Shown: piece by piece, positions 37,799-47,959 of the stretch
How the letters are laid out: each line of letters starts with the position of its first letter
Numbering within the stretch: position 1 is the first letter of the stretch
Source of the DNA: an uncultured virus (IMG/VR IMGVR_UViG_3300049733_000582)
Lineage: Duplodnaviria > Heunggongvirae > Uroviricota > Caudoviricetes
IMG/VR virus record: IMGVR_UViG_3300049733_000582
Length of the DNA stretch: 64,000 nucleotides
Strand: one strand, 5' to 3'
Translations under genes and position numbers: made by a program
The notes under the pieces: model-generated
Database searches by the model: none
Seen by the model: the letters and a program-made list of their open reading frames with translations, nothing else
What the model was told of the DNA's origin: nothing

Positions 37799-38359
37799 AT
37801 GGAGTTCGACAAGGTTCCGCCGGTAGGGACGTTCGGCATCGGGTTCGACATCGCCCCGGCGACGACCCTCGTGAACGACAGCATCTTCCTGATCCTCAGG
37901 AACGATCACGCGTCGAAACGTATGGTGATGCGCCGCCTCTACCTCGAGCTCTGGGGCGCATCGACCTCGCTTTCGACCGTCGGTCTGTTCCGCGCTTCGG
38001 GCACGGAGGCCGGCGCCACCATGACGGCGATCGTGCCGACCGCCCGCAACAAGCGGCACGCTGCGGCGACGATCGCGGTGGCCAAGGCGGTGCCCGACCC
38101 GGCCTCCATGTCGGGCATCACGATCGCGGGCGACCCGCTCTACGCCTGGCTCTTCCCGGTCAAGGACGGCACCGCGGCGGGCATCTACCAGCCCAAGGTC
38201 GTCGATCTGCGGTTCTCGAACGAGAGGGACGTGGAATCGGTCGGCGAAATGCTCGACATCCACGGCGAGGACACCAGCCTGGTCATCGCGGCAGTCGGGA
38301 CGATCCAGGCCAGCCTGCGCATGGTCGGCCACATGAGCTGGGACGAGGAAGACGACTAG
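37799..38359 (+). CDS. phage hypothetical (possibly structural) protein
   Basis: GAGGTG RBS; beta-rich; ends SWDEEDD. Confidence 0.6.
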   Translation: MEFDKVPPVGTFGIGFDIAPATTLVNDSIFLILRNDHASKRMVMRRLYLELWGASTSLSTVGLFRASGTEAGATMTAIVPTARNKRHAAATIAVAKAVPDPASMSGITIAGDPLYAWLFPVKDGTAAGIYQPKVVDLRFSNERDVESVGEMLDIHGEDTSLVIAAVGTIQASLRMVGHMSWDEEDD

Positions 38360-38372
38360 TCACCTCCGCGAC

Positions 38373-40583
38373 ATGGTCGATCGGCTGAGCACGATCCTCG
38401 ACGCGAACGCGCGCCCGTTCTCGCTCCCCGAGCGGAATGGGAACGGGCGCGCTCGGCCTCGCATCAGCGAAAAGGACCTGCTCGGCTACCTCAACTCCTA
38501 CCTGGACTCACTCGCGTCCATCCAGCTCCCAGCGATCACGCGCGCGCGCGACCCCTTCCGGAATCACGCGTGGGTGTTCGCCGCGGCCGTCCTCATCGCC
38601 AGCGTCGCCTCCCAGGCGCCGTTCCTGGTGTTCCACGAGCGGGGGACGCCCGATGGCCGGCGCTACCGCGCGGGGAAGCGCCGGACCGCGATCCTTCGCC
38701 GGCACCGGCTCCCGGCCCTCTTCCGCCAGCGCGGCGCCGAGCCGGACTTTGATCACCCCATCTCTCAGCTCCTCAATCAGCCGAACCCATACCAGCGCGG
38801 GAACCAGCTCATCCAGACGACGCACCTGTGGATGGCGCTTCGCGGGGAAGCCTTCTGGGTGCTCGAGCGGGGCCCGAATGGACTTCCCGTCCGCATCTGG
38901 CCCATCTCGCCGGACTGCTTCGAGCCGATCCTCACCGGCGTCAGCCGTGGGGAGCTGATCGGGTGGTGGTACCTGCCGCCCGAGTTCGTGCCGGAGGCCG
39001 CCAGCTCGCGCCGAATCCGGCTCGACCTGGACGATGTGATCCAGTTCAAGCGGGCCAATCCGCGCACGCTCGTTCGCGGGCAGAGCCGCCTGGACGCGGT
39101 CGCGGAATCGGTCCTCGCCGACCTGAAGATCCGCTCCTCCGAGTCCCGCCTCCTGGACCGCCAGGCCGTGCCCAAGGGTGTCATCGAATCGGACGCCTAC
39201 GTGAAGAAGGAAGAGCGCGAGGCCTTCCTCCAGGAATGGCAGGAGCAGTTCGGCGGGTCAGACAACCAGGGCGGCACGGCGTTTCTGCCCGCCGGCTTCG
39301 TCTTCAAGCCGTTGAGCCTGTCCCCGAAGGACATGCAGCACCTCCAGCAGCTCAAGTGGGATCGCGAGGAAATCCTGGCGGTGATGGGGGTCCCTCAGTC
39401 GGTGCTCGGGATCACCGACTTCGTGAACTACGCGACCCAGCTCGGGCAGGACAAGAACCTCTGGGACAAGACCATCCTCCCCATGTTCCGGGACGAGGAG
39501 ACGACCCTGGAATGGTCACCGCTCTTCGCGCCCGAGACCGACGACACCTTCGGCATGTTTGAGCTCAAGGACATCGAGGCGCTCCGCGCGGGGGTGGACG
39601 AGAAGATCAAGATGGCGGACCAGCTCGCCGGCGAGCGGCTCCACTGTCCGCCGCGGGTCGCCTATCAGGTGGTCGGCCTAGAGGTCCCCGAGTACGAAGG
39701 CGACGAGGTCTGCCTCGTCGGGAGCCTGGCGACCCCGCTGGACGTGGCGCTCTCGTCCGAGCTGCCCGAAGAAGAGGATCCTCCCGAGGACCCGCCGGAG
39801 CCGGTCGAGCCTCCCGCCGAAGCCGCGAGCCGCGCCAAGGCCCCGAAGCGCCGCAGGACCTGGAAGGAATTCGTCAAGGTCCAGTCGAAGCTCGAAGGCT
39901 CCATGCGGCGCGCCTACCGCGCCTGGATTGATCGGGTCCAGAAGGAGACGCTCCGCCGCTTCGATCGGGAGACGAAACAGCTCGACCTTGAGGCCGTGCT
40001 GCCGGATCCCGCCGCGATCCGGGAGCAGCTCAAGGGGGTCGCGCGCCCGGTCTATTCCCGCTCCCTGCAGCAGGCCTATGCGCTCACGCTCGAGGAGATC
40101 GGCATCCCGACCTTCGAGATCGACGACGAGCGCCTCATGGCGTTCTTCGACGTCCGGGAGCGACGCTTCCTGAGCACGACCCCTGAGAGGCTCCTCAAGA
40201 ACCTGCGGAACCAGCTCACCGAGGGCCTCCGGCTCTCCGAGACGGTCCAGGAGCTCCGGGTCCGGGTCGCCCGCGTCTTCGAGATCAGCGCCTCCTCGGC
40301 CAAGGCGCTCGCGGTGGCGCGGACAGAGACCGCTGGTTTCGTCAATGGAGCCCGGGACGTGATGTTCCGCGCCCAGGGCTTCGGGAAACACGAGTGGGTG
40401 TCCGCCGGGGACGAGAACGTCCGGGACTCGCACGTGACCTACGGCGCGGCGGGCCCTCAGGACATCGGCTTCAACTTCATGACGCTCACGGGGGGCGGCG
40501 GCGTGCTGCGTCACCCCGGAGATGTCGAGGCGCCTGTCGGCGAGACCGTGAACTGTCGGTGTCTCGCGGTGCCCATCGAGTAG
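38373..40583 (+). CDS. HK97-type portal protein fused to MuF-like minor head domain
   Basis: WVFAA...LLNQPNPY...GEAFW...G.S.L; C-terminal ARTET, EWVSAGDENVRDSH, HPGD, NCRC. Confidence 0.88.
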   Translation: MVDRLSTILDANARPFSLPERNGNGRARPRISEKDLLGYLNSYLDSLASIQLPAITRARDPFRNHAWVFAAAVLIASVASQAPFLVFHERGTPDGRRYRAGKRRTAILRRHRLPALFRQRGAEPDFDHPISQLLNQPNPYQRGNQLIQTTHLWMALRGEAFWVLERGPNGLPVRIWPISPDCFEPILTGVSRGELIGWWYLPPEFVPEAASSRRIRLDLDDVIQFKRANPRTLVRGQSRLDAVAESVLADLKIRSSESRLLDRQAVPKGVIESDAYVKKEEREAFLQEWQEQFGGSDNQGGTAFLPAGFVFKPLSLSPKDMQHLQQLKWDREEILAVMGVPQSVLGITDFVNYATQLGQDKNLWDKTILPMFRDEETTLEWSPLFAPETDDTFGMFELKDIEALRAGVDEKIKMADQLAGERLHCPPRVAYQVVGLEVPEYEGDEVCLVGSLATPLDVALSSELPEEEDPPEDPPEPVEPPAEAASRAKAPKRRRTWKEFVKVQSKLEGSMRRAYRAWIDRVQKETLRRFDRETKQLDLEAVLPDPAAIREQLKGVARPVYSRSLQQAYALTLEEIGIPTFEIDDERLMAFFDVRERRFLSTTPERLLKNLRNQLTEGLRLSETVQELRVRVARVFEISASSAKALAVARTETAGFVNGARDVMFRAQGFGKHEWVSAGDENVRDSHVTYGAAGPQDIGFNFMTLTGGGGVLRHPGDVEAPVGETVNCRCLAVPIE

Positions 40584-40591
40584 GAGGACGC

Positions 40592-41815
40592 ATGTCACGA
40601 GTAAGGGAACTGCTCGCGGGCTTCAAGTCCGCGGTCGTGGTCGAGCTGACGCCCGAGCTCGCGCGGGAGCGGGGGCTCCGGCATCGCGTCTCCAAGAGCG
40701 GCCAGATCATCATCGAAAAGGACGCGGGCAGCCGGGCCCTTCTTCTGGAGGGGCGGGAGAACGAGGGGCCTGGCGTGCCCTCGCTCGAGGAGCTCCGCGC
40801 GTTGGCCGCGGCCCGCGGGATCGAATGGAACGACGGGTGGGGGGATCCCAAGACCGGCCGGGTCATCCCCTACTGGTACTCGGACGAGAGCGTGGACGCC
40901 CACGGCGACATCGTCCTCCAGAACTGGCGGTTCGAGACCTTCGCGAAGAACCCCGCGATGCCCTTCTCGCACAACTGGGGGGGGAACCCGATCGGCGGGC
41001 ACATGGACTGGAAGGTCCTGGACCGCAAGGATGGCCCCGCCCTCTGGCTCCTCTCCCTCTTCGCGACCGCGGAGGTCTCGATGGAGGGGGACTCGGTGCT
41101 GCGTCAGGTCCGCGCCGGCTTCCTCCGCGGGAGCTCGGTCGGGTTCATCAGCCACAAGGTCATCGACGTCAAGGACGAGGAGGAGCGCGCGCAGCTCGGC
41201 CTGGGCCGCTGGGGCTTCGTGCTCGACGAGAACGAGCTTCTCGAGGGCTCGCCCACGCTCCTCCCGGCCAACACGAACGCGGGCGCGATTCTCGCCCTCG
41301 GGAAGAAACAGGGCCTGATCCAGCCGCTCGACCTCGAGGTCATCCGCGAGTTGAGCCGCCTAGCCTTCGTGAACGAGCGCGCCGAGGTCCCCCAGGGGAA
41401 AACCGCGCAACAGGCCTGGAAGGAGCAGGACGATACCTGGCTCGCGATCGCGCGCCTGCTCTTCCCCAGCGACCACTGGCTCAGGGCTCGGACCCTGTCC
41501 GAGCCCATCCTCCGCCACGAGGACGAGGAGCCGAAGCCCCCCGCGGAGGAGCCGAAGGCTTCCAGCCTCGAGGAGAAAGTGGATCGGGTCCTAGCGCTCG
41601 TCGAGACGATTGGCGTCAGCCTCAGCCAACGGCTGGAGGACATTCGGGGGCTCCTCGAGGACCGTGAGGCAGAAACCCCCGCGAACGAGAACGGACGCGC
41701 CGCGGCCCATGCGGAGAGGACGCCGGCGCCGAACCCGCTCCAGGAAGTGGATGAGCGGATGGAGCGCATGCTCCGCACGATCGACCAAGGTCGCGCTGCC
41801 GCGGCCGCGAAGTGA
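40592..41815 (+). CDS. prohead protease with C-terminal extension
   Basis: SDESVDAHGDIV, NP..FSH, PIG, SSVGF, LLEGS...PAN. Confidence 0.85.
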   Translation: MSRVRELLAGFKSAVVVELTPELARERGLRHRVSKSGQIIIEKDAGSRALLLEGRENEGPGVPSLEELRALAAARGIEWNDGWGDPKTGRVIPYWYSDESVDAHGDIVLQNWRFETFAKNPAMPFSHNWGGNPIGGHMDWKVLDRKDGPALWLLSLFATAEVSMEGDSVLRQVRAGFLRGSSVGFISHKVIDVKDEEERAQLGLGRWGFVLDENELLEGSPTLLPANTNAGAILALGKKQGLIQPLDLEVIRELSRLAFVNERAEVPQGKTAQQAWKEQDDTWLAIARLLFPSDHWLRARTLSEPILRHEDEEPKPPAEEPKASSLEEKVDRVLALVETIGVSLSQRLEDIRGLLEDREAETPANENGRAAAHAERTPAPNPLQEVDERMERMLRTIDQGRAAAAAK

Positions 41816-43233
41816 TGGGAGGGTCCATGGAACCGAACGGCGCGAAAGAGCAGGTGGCGGCGAAGCTGCTCCTCAAGATGGAGCAGGTCGGCGACCTCCT
41901 CGGGCAGCTCCCGAGCTTCTCGGACCGCATCAAGGCGGTCGAGGAGAACCTGGGGAAGCTGAACGTGAAGGCAGTCCTCGACGAGTTCGAGAAGCTGAAG
42001 GCCGGCCACGAGGCGATCGTGGAGCAGCTCCGCCGGAGCCGCCAGGGCCTCTACTTCCCGGGCCTCGAGGACGCGAAGTTCTCCCTCTCGAACGGCATCG
42101 CCATTCTGGCCTTCGGCTACGAGTGGCTGAAGTCCCAGGGCTACAAGGTGGACCGCGAGTACGAGGTGATGCGAAACGCCACCGCGGTCTACAAGGCGCA
42201 GCAGGGCGGGGACGACGCCAAGGGCGGGCTCTTCATCCCGGACCAGGCGCTCGCGGGCTACAACGCCGCGCTCTACGCCGAGAGCGAGTTCATCGCCCTC
42301 GACGGCGCGACCGGCCGAACCCGCGTCACGGTCCTGCCCAACCTGACCGGCGGCAGCGTCTCCCTCAACCGCTTCCTCGGTGGGGTCAAGACCTACTGGG
42401 TCGGCGAGAAGCAGGCCCCGCCCGAGTCCGAGGCCCTCGACGACCAGATCGTCCTCAAGCCGCACAAGATGGCCCAGCTCGTCATCGTCACCGACTTCCT
42501 GAAGCGGATGGGCGATCCGGGCTACGACGCGTTCCTCCAGCAGGACATGACGGGGAGCGCGGCGGAGATGCTCGACTTCGTGGTCCCCTACGGCGCCGGA
42601 AGCGCCCACCAGCCGCGCGGGATCATGAAGACCGACGGGATCAAGGTCTACAGCGCCCAGTCGAAGAAGACGGGCGTCAAGGGCGTGGACGCGCTCGACG
42701 GCGCGAAGTTCCAGGCCAACTGGATCGGCGGCGAGTTCGGCTTCGACAACATGTCGGACATGAAGCTCGCGCTCGTGAACGACAAGGTGAAGCCCAACGC
42801 CGCCTCGGCCTGGGTCTCTTCTCCCGCGCTCTTCGACCGGCTGAAGCGGCTCAAGGTCGAGCAGTACCCGGCGCAGCCGGCCAGCGACGGGCGCATCTAC
42901 GTCCTCGGGGACCCGATGCTCTCCGACGCTCGGCTGGCGGAGCGGATCGGGCCCTACGGCGAGACGCCGCAGATCCCGTTCGCGAACAAGCCCGGCGCGT
43001 CGATCAGCGCGCCCACCACGAGCACGGAGACCAAGTTCACGGACGTGATCTACGGCCGCCTGAACGAGGTGATCGTCGGGACCTGGGCGGGCATGACGAT
43101 CGAGAACGACAACGGGAAGGGCGTCTACTTCGCCAACGACCAGACCCAGATCAAGCTCCGGCGCGAGATCGACATTCAGGTCCGCCAGCCGCGAGCCATC
43201 ATCGTCTGCCCGGACGCTCGGGCGGCGTCGTAG
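41812..43233 (+). CDS. major capsid protein (HK97 fold)
   Basis: Coiled-coil delta domain, GGLFIP, WVGE, LKPHK, PRGI, FANDQTQI...R.D. Confidence 0.88.
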   Translation: MMGGSMEPNGAKEQVAAKLLLKMEQVGDLLGQLPSFSDRIKAVEENLGKLNVKAVLDEFEKLKAGHEAIVEQLRRSRQGLYFPGLEDAKFSLSNGIAILAFGYEWLKSQGYKVDREYEVMRNATAVYKAQQGGDDAKGGLFIPDQALAGYNAALYAESEFIALDGATGRTRVTVLPNLTGGSVSLNRFLGGVKTYWVGEKQAPPESEALDDQIVLKPHKMAQLVIVTDFLKRMGDPGYDAFLQQDMTGSAAEMLDFVVPYGAGSAHQPRGIMKTDGIKVYSAQSKKTGVKGVDALDGAKFQANWIGGEFGFDNMSDMKLALVNDKVKPNAASAWVSSPALFDRLKRLKVEQYPAQPASDGRIYVLGDPMLSDARLAERIGPYGETPQIPFANKPGASISAPTTSTETKFTDVIYGRLNEVIVGTWAGMTIENDNGKGVYFANDQTQIKLRREIDIQVRQPRAIIVCPDARAAS

Positions 43234-43301
43234 TCGAGGGAAGCGGAAACCAGGGCCGCGCCCTTGGCGGCCCTTCAAGAAAGCGAGACCGGAGAGGACC
43301 G

Positions 43302-43778
43302 ATGAAGGGCAACAACTTCTTCCATCACAACATCGTCGGGAGGGCCCTGGCTCCCGAAGCGATCAACAACGAGACGATCGACGGAGACATCATCGTCGAG
43401 CCCTGGACCAAGGGGCGGCAGCTCTCGTTCATCGCCATCGGCGGGGCGTTCGCGGCGACCACCGACGGGACCTTCGGCGTCAAGGGCCGTCTCCGGGGCA
43501 CCAACACCTGGGAGAAGGTCAAGGACAAGAACAACGCCGACCTCGAGGTCACCGGTGCCAAAGTGGACGATGGGGGTGAGCTCGAAGCCGGGCGTCTGCT
43601 CGGGACGATCGCGCTCGAGGACTTCGACGGGGTCAAGTACGACGCCGTTCGGTGCTTCTTCACGAACGGCGCGGCGGTGGACGCCTTCATGGGGGTCGCG
43701 TACGTGATCTCCGACCTCTACCAGGCACCGCCGGTGGCCGCTCAGACCGAGGAGTTCTGGGCTCGGATGCACCCGTAG
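43302..43778 (+). CDS. putative head decoration protein
   Basis: Beta-rich gene immediately after the capsid gene; GAGG RBS. Confidence 0.55.
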   Translation: MKGNNFFHHNIVGRALAPEAINNETIDGDIIVEPWTKGRQLSFIAIGGAFAATTDGTFGVKGRLRGTNTWEKVKDKNNADLEVTGAKVDDGGELEAGRLLGTIALEDFDGVKYDAVRCFFTNGAAVDAFMGVAYVISDLYQAPPVAAQTEEFWARMHP

Positions 43779-43940
43779 ACCATGGGCGATTCGCCCCGGG
43801 ATCGGGTGTACGGAGACGGACCGAGGCCGCCGGTGGTCACCCCACCGGCGGTCCCGCCGTCGGTCCGTTTCCTCTTCCAGCGCCCCCAGGTCCGCTGGCG
43901 GTTCATCCACCGGGTGCTCGAGAAGCAGGGGGACTGACCG

Positions 43941-44303
43941 ATGAGCACGCTCCCCCCCGAAGAGCTCAAGATCATCAAGGGCTCGACCCTCTCCCTCCTC
44001 CTCCTGGGGTTCGACGAGAACAACCAGGCGGAGTCGCTCGCCGGGGCCGATGCCGCCACCTTCGCCGTGAAGAAAGACCAGGGGCAGGCGACCTCCGTCC
44101 TATTGCGGCGGACTGCGGACGCGAATCTCTCAATCGACATCCCCGGATCCAAGCTGACCGCGACGCTCAGCCAGGCCGAGGCCGACGGGCTCACAGTGGG
44201 GGTCTACGTTGGAGAGGTGGCCGTTCGCTTCGGCGGTTCCGGTTGGTTCCACTCGCGACCCTTCCGGGTCCTGATCCGCGCGGCGGCAGCGCCGCACTCC
44301 TAG
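43941..44303 (+). CDS. BppU-like/Ig-like structural protein
   Basis: IIKGST...LAGA..TFAVK...L...T..L.VG.Y. Confidence 0.55.
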   Translation: MSTLPPEELKIIKGSTLSLLLLGFDENNQAESLAGADAATFAVKKDQGQATSVLLRRTADANLSIDIPGSKLTATLSQAEADGLTVGVYVGEVAVRFGGSGWFHSRPFRVLIRAAAAPHS

Positions 44304-44307
44304 CGCC

Positions 44308-44859
44308 ATGACCATCCTCTCGATCTCTCAGCTCCGGGAGCGTGTGACTCTGGAGGAGCCGCGCTACGTGCCCCTCCGGGACGGAGTCGTGGCGCTCTGG
44401 GAAGGCGTCACGGACCTGAAGTGGGTCCTGAATGCCGCGGAGATCGAGACCCTCACCCCGCGGGGTGCGACCATCCGGACGATCGCGCTTCGGCGCCGGC
44501 CGGTGAACTCCATCACCAAGGTCGAGGAGCGGACGGCCAGCCAAGCGGAATGGGATGAGCTTGAGGCCTCAAACTACGAGCTGCTCGAGGGGGGCCGGAT
44601 CGAGCGCATCGGGTGCTACTGGCCGGACCGGGTCCGCGTCACGTACTCCGGCGGCTACCCGGAGGGCGGGGCGCCCGCGGACATCCTCGAGGCCCTCCTC
44701 CTCCAGTGCGAGTTCAACGTCCGGAGGATCGGGGGCGACAAGGTCGGGATCCGCAGCCAGGGCTCCGGCGTGCCCGGCGGCGGATTCACGTCCTTCGACG
44801 AGGCCTACCTCCATCCGACCTTCGCGAAGCTCGCGCGGCAGTACCGGAGGGTCGTCTAG
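44308..44859 (+). CDS. head-tail adaptor
   Basis: RPVNSITKV...VRVTYSGGY...PADI; L..YRR end. Confidence 0.75.
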   Translation: MTILSISQLRERVTLEEPRYVPLRDGVVALWEGVTDLKWVLNAAEIETLTPRGATIRTIALRRRPVNSITKVEERTASQAEWDELEASNYELLEGGRIERIGCYWPDRVRVTYSGGYPEGGAPADILEALLLQCEFNVRRIGGDKVGIRSQGSGVPGGGFTSFDEAYLHPTFAKLARQYRRVV

Positions 44860-45572
44860 TGGCCATCTCGCTGCGGCTCGGGCGGGACACCATCGAACTG
44901 ATCCGCCACCTCGAGCGGGAGCTCGGCAAGACGCGCTTCGCCAAGGCCCTGCTTCTCTTCTTCAACCGCCAAGCTCTGCTGGTGGCCGGGCGCATCTCGA
45001 AACGGTTCCTCTCGGGGCAGAGGGTCAAGCGCCGTACCGGCTCGCTCGCCCGCTCGATCACGGGCTCAGGCGTGCTCGTGAAGGGCGTGCCGGGGATGCG
45101 GGTCGGCGTCTTCCGCGGTCCGGCCCTCCAATACGCTGGCGTCCAGGAGTACGGCACCCGTGGGAAGAGCCCCGAGAGCCCCTACCCGACCATCGTGCCG
45201 AAGAAGGCCAAGGCGCTCGCGGTGCCGGTCAATCCGGGCGGGTCCTCCCTGACCTTCGCGGGGGTGCCCCGCTACACGGGGCCCCGGCAGTTCCCGGGGA
45301 AGCTCCGGTTCGTCCCGTTCCGCCGCGGCATGGCGATCGGCGCGCTCTATCCCGAGGCCGCCCTCAAGAACGCGCCCAAGAGCCCGGACGGGAAGCTCAC
45401 GCTCCCCCGCGGCAAGGCCGCCTACCTCCTGCTCCGCAAGGTCGATCTCCCCGCGCGCCACTACCTCCGGGACGGGTTCCGACAGTACCTGCCGGAGCTC
45501 GCTGAAAGCCTCGCCCGCTACATCCGGGACCTCGTGGTCCTTCGCGGGCGGCTCCGGGGAGGGACCACGTGA
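44859..45572 (+). CDS. neck/morphogenesis (HK97 gp10-like) protein
   Basis: RRTGSLARSI, YAGVQEYG, PKKAKAL, PARHYL. Confidence 0.75.
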   Translation: MAISLRLGRDTIELIRHLERELGKTRFAKALLLFFNRQALLVAGRISKRFLSGQRVKRRTGSLARSITGSGVLVKGVPGMRVGVFRGPALQYAGVQEYGTRGKSPESPYPTIVPKKAKALAVPVNPGGSSLTFAGVPRYTGPRQFPGKLRFVPFRRGMAIGALYPEAALKNAPKSPDGKLTLPRGKAAYLLLRKVDLPARHYLRDGFRQYLPELAESLARYIRDLVVLRGRLRGGTT

Positions 45573-46009
45573 GCCTCCCGACCAGCTCGTGGGAAGTGCT
45601 CATGGAGCGCCTCGTGGACCTCTGCCGGAAGGTCCGCTCGGGCGCCTACCACGTGAAACGGGGCGCGATCGATTGGGCCGAGTTCCCCTTCGACCAGATA
45701 CCGCGCGCGATCGCGGTCATCACGGACGAGGAGAACCTGCTCGAGAAGCAGATGGGGAACGACGCCTCGATCTCGCTCGAACTCTTCGCCAAGCGCCAGG
45801 AAGGCGACGCGAAGGAGCTGAGCGACGCGCTCCAGGAGGAGCTACGGAAGGACGCCAAAGAGGTCGTGCTCCAGCTCCTGACCGAGCAGGATCGCTCCGG
45901 CGACTCGGTGATCTTCCACATTCCGCCCGCGACGGCTCGCCTCGTCCACGTGCACGACGACGGGCTCAAAGTTCAGGGCATCTACGCTCAGTTCGACGTG
46001 TCGTTCTGA
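45569..46009 (+). CDS. putative tail terminator
   Basis: Position and size before the tail tube gene. Confidence 0.55.
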   Translation: MSLPTSSWEVLMERLVDLCRKVRSGAYHVKRGAIDWAEFPFDQIPRAIAVITDEENLLEKQMGNDASISLELFAKRQEGDAKELSDALQEELRKDAKEVVLQLLTEQDRSGDSVIFHIPPATARLVHVHDDGLKVQGIYAQFDVSF

Positions 46010-46023
46010 GAGGAGGTTAGGCG

Positions 46024-47094
46024 ATGTCGATCGTGGGGTTCCAAGAGTTCTGGACGGTGGGCTCGCGCCTGCTCTTCAAACGCGATGACGTAGACGGCGC
46101 TCAGCAGCCCTGGATCGACCTGGGCGTCATGCAGTCCGTGGCACCCGCGGTCACCCCTGAACGGATCACGCTCTTCGACCCGGAGGGGGGCGTGCGGCGG
46201 CTCGTGGACGAGGCGCTGACCTCGATCGAGGAGGTCTACGAGTTCGTCTGCTCCAACTTCAACGAGGACAACCTGAGCCTGATCTTCCTCGGGAAGCCGC
46301 CCCAGACGTACACCCAGACGGCGTCCGAGAAGGTCGGGGTCACCCACCGCGGGTTCCCGGGGCGACTCATCAAGCTCACGGATAGCGACACAGCGAAGAC
46401 GCCGGTGGCCGCACTCGCCGCGGTCGCGGGCATCTACACCGGTGCGGTGGCTACCAAGACACTCACGACCATCGTCGCGGCCACCAAGACCATTACCCTC
46501 TCGGGCGACCAGACCGCGGTCGCGGGCCTCGCCCCGGGCAAGGTGATGATGGTGAACCGGCTCGGGCTGACCAACATCCTGAACAGCCGGTCCTACACGA
46601 TCGTCACCCGCACGCTGAACGGCGGGAACACCGATTTCGTCGTGGATGCGACCCCCGCGGCGAACGAGACCGCGATCACGGGCCAGGCCACGCACGAGAA
46701 CGGCGGAACGGTCTACAAGCAGGACACCGACTGGGAGCTCGTTTCGCTCGATCGCGGCGTCGTGCGGATGATGGCCGCGGGCGCCTTCGTGACGGAGGCG
46801 GATCTCCTCGTCACCTACTCGCTCGCCGCGCTCTCCGGAAAGCGGCTCATCAATCCCCAGGACTTCAAGGGGATCGTCCGCGGGAAGGGGCTCATCTACC
46901 TCGCCCGGAACAACTACGCGGACCAGCACGAGCGGTACATCCCGATCCTGTCGCTCACGCCGGCGGGGGTGGCGCCCTCGGCCGAGGAGTTCTCGAACTG
47001 GACGCTCCGCGCCACGGTCATCAATGACCTGAGCGCGAGCGTGCCCGCCGGAACTCTCAAGCACATCAAGGGCAACCTGCCCTCGGTCTCGTGA
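46024..47094 (+). CDS. major tail (tube) protein with inserted beta domain
   Basis: IDLG...NEDNLSLIFLG...LTPAG pattern; position. Confidence 0.7.
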   Translation: MSIVGFQEFWTVGSRLLFKRDDVDGAQQPWIDLGVMQSVAPAVTPERITLFDPEGGVRRLVDEALTSIEEVYEFVCSNFNEDNLSLIFLGKPPQTYTQTASEKVGVTHRGFPGRLIKLTDSDTAKTPVAALAAVAGIYTGAVATKTLTTIVAATKTITLSGDQTAVAGLAPGKVMMVNRLGLTNILNSRSYTIVTRTLNGGNTDFVVDATPAANETAITGQATHENGGTVYKQDTDWELVSLDRGVVRMMAAGAFVTEADLLVTYSLAALSGKRLINPQDFKGIVRGKGLIYLARNNYADQHERYIPILSLTPAGVAPSAEEFSNWTLRATVINDLSASVPAGTLKHIKGNLPSVS

Positions 47095-47222
47095 TGAACC
47101 ACGCTCGGAGTCGCCCGGGAACTTACCGGAGCTCGGCGCGGGGGTCATGGACCGCGGCGAGCGAAAAGCCGCGCCGCCCGCGACTCGGCGGCGCGTCGTT
47201 CCACCATCTCCGGAGGTGAATC

Positions 47223-47807
47223 GTGGACTCATTGACCGCCCGGGTGCTCTTCCCGGGCACCGAGGTCCCATTTGGGGAGGGGCGCGCGCGCGCCACCGTC
47301 TACCCGTTTGGGCTCCGACACGCCCAGCGCTTCTCCCGGGAGGTCGCTTCGCTCCTCGAGGTGGTGCTGGAGGCCACCCCCGCGGGTCGCACCGACGCGG
47401 AGACCGCGCTGGCCGTGCTCCGGAGCGCGGCGCCGATCCTGGTCGGGAACTGCCTGGACCTGATTGCCGATTGCGTGGTGATCGAGCCCAAGACCGTGAT
47501 CTTCCATGAGCTCCCGCACTTCGTTCAGGCGCAACTCTTCGGAGCCTGGCTCGAAGAGTCGTTCGGGAATGAGGACAAGATCCGCCCTTGGAGGGAGGCG
47601 GTGCGGGGGGTCCTGCAGCGCCTCGCCGGAGGAAATGGGACGTTGGGGACCATCTTCAGCAGCTTCTGGCAGCGGGTCACCGCCGCGCCGACCTCCTCGA
47701 TCGGCGGCAACCAGGCTTCCCCTACCGCGGCTGGAGCTATCCCCAGTTCTGGTACTGGTGTGAGCGAGCCATCCGTCAGCTCGCCCGGGACCGCGCCGAC
47801 ACCCTGA
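47223..47807 (+). CDS. tail assembly chaperone
   Basis: Between tail tube and tape measure; GGAGG RBS. Confidence 0.65.
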   Translation: MDSLTARVLFPGTEVPFGEGRARATVYPFGLRHAQRFSREVASLLEVVLEATPAGRTDAETALAVLRSAAPILVGNCLDLIADCVVIEPKTVIFHELPHFVQAQLFGAWLEESFGNEDKIRPWREAVRGVLQRLAGGNGTLGTIFSSFWQRVTAAPTSSIGGNQASPTAAGAIPSSGTGVSEPSVSSPGTAPTP

Positions 47808-47959
47808 CGGCACTGCAGGCAGCGGTTCATGCGGGCCTCTCGACCGAAGGCGATCGGCATCTCCAGAAGGAGCTGACGCGACTCCATGCCCGAGCAGACG
47901 GTATCCCTCCTCGCGCTCCTGACGGATCGGGTGACCCCTGGTCTGCAAAAGATCCGTAG
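47588..47959 (+). CDS. tail assembly chaperone GT-like extension (-1 frame)
   Basis: WDVGDHLQQLLAAGH...SYPQF pattern; overlaps the chaperone in the -1 frame. Confidence 0.55.
   Translation: MEGGGAGGPAAPRRRKWDVGDHLQQLLAAGHRRADLLDRRQPGFPYRGWSYPQFWYWCERAIRQLARDRADTLTALQAAVHAGLSTEGDRHLQKELTRLHARADGIPPRAPDGSGDPWSAKDP

Noticed and set aside
35094..43278. Long minus-strand ORFs opposite the terminase and capsid genes
   Set aside because: Antisense shadows typical of high-GC coding DNA
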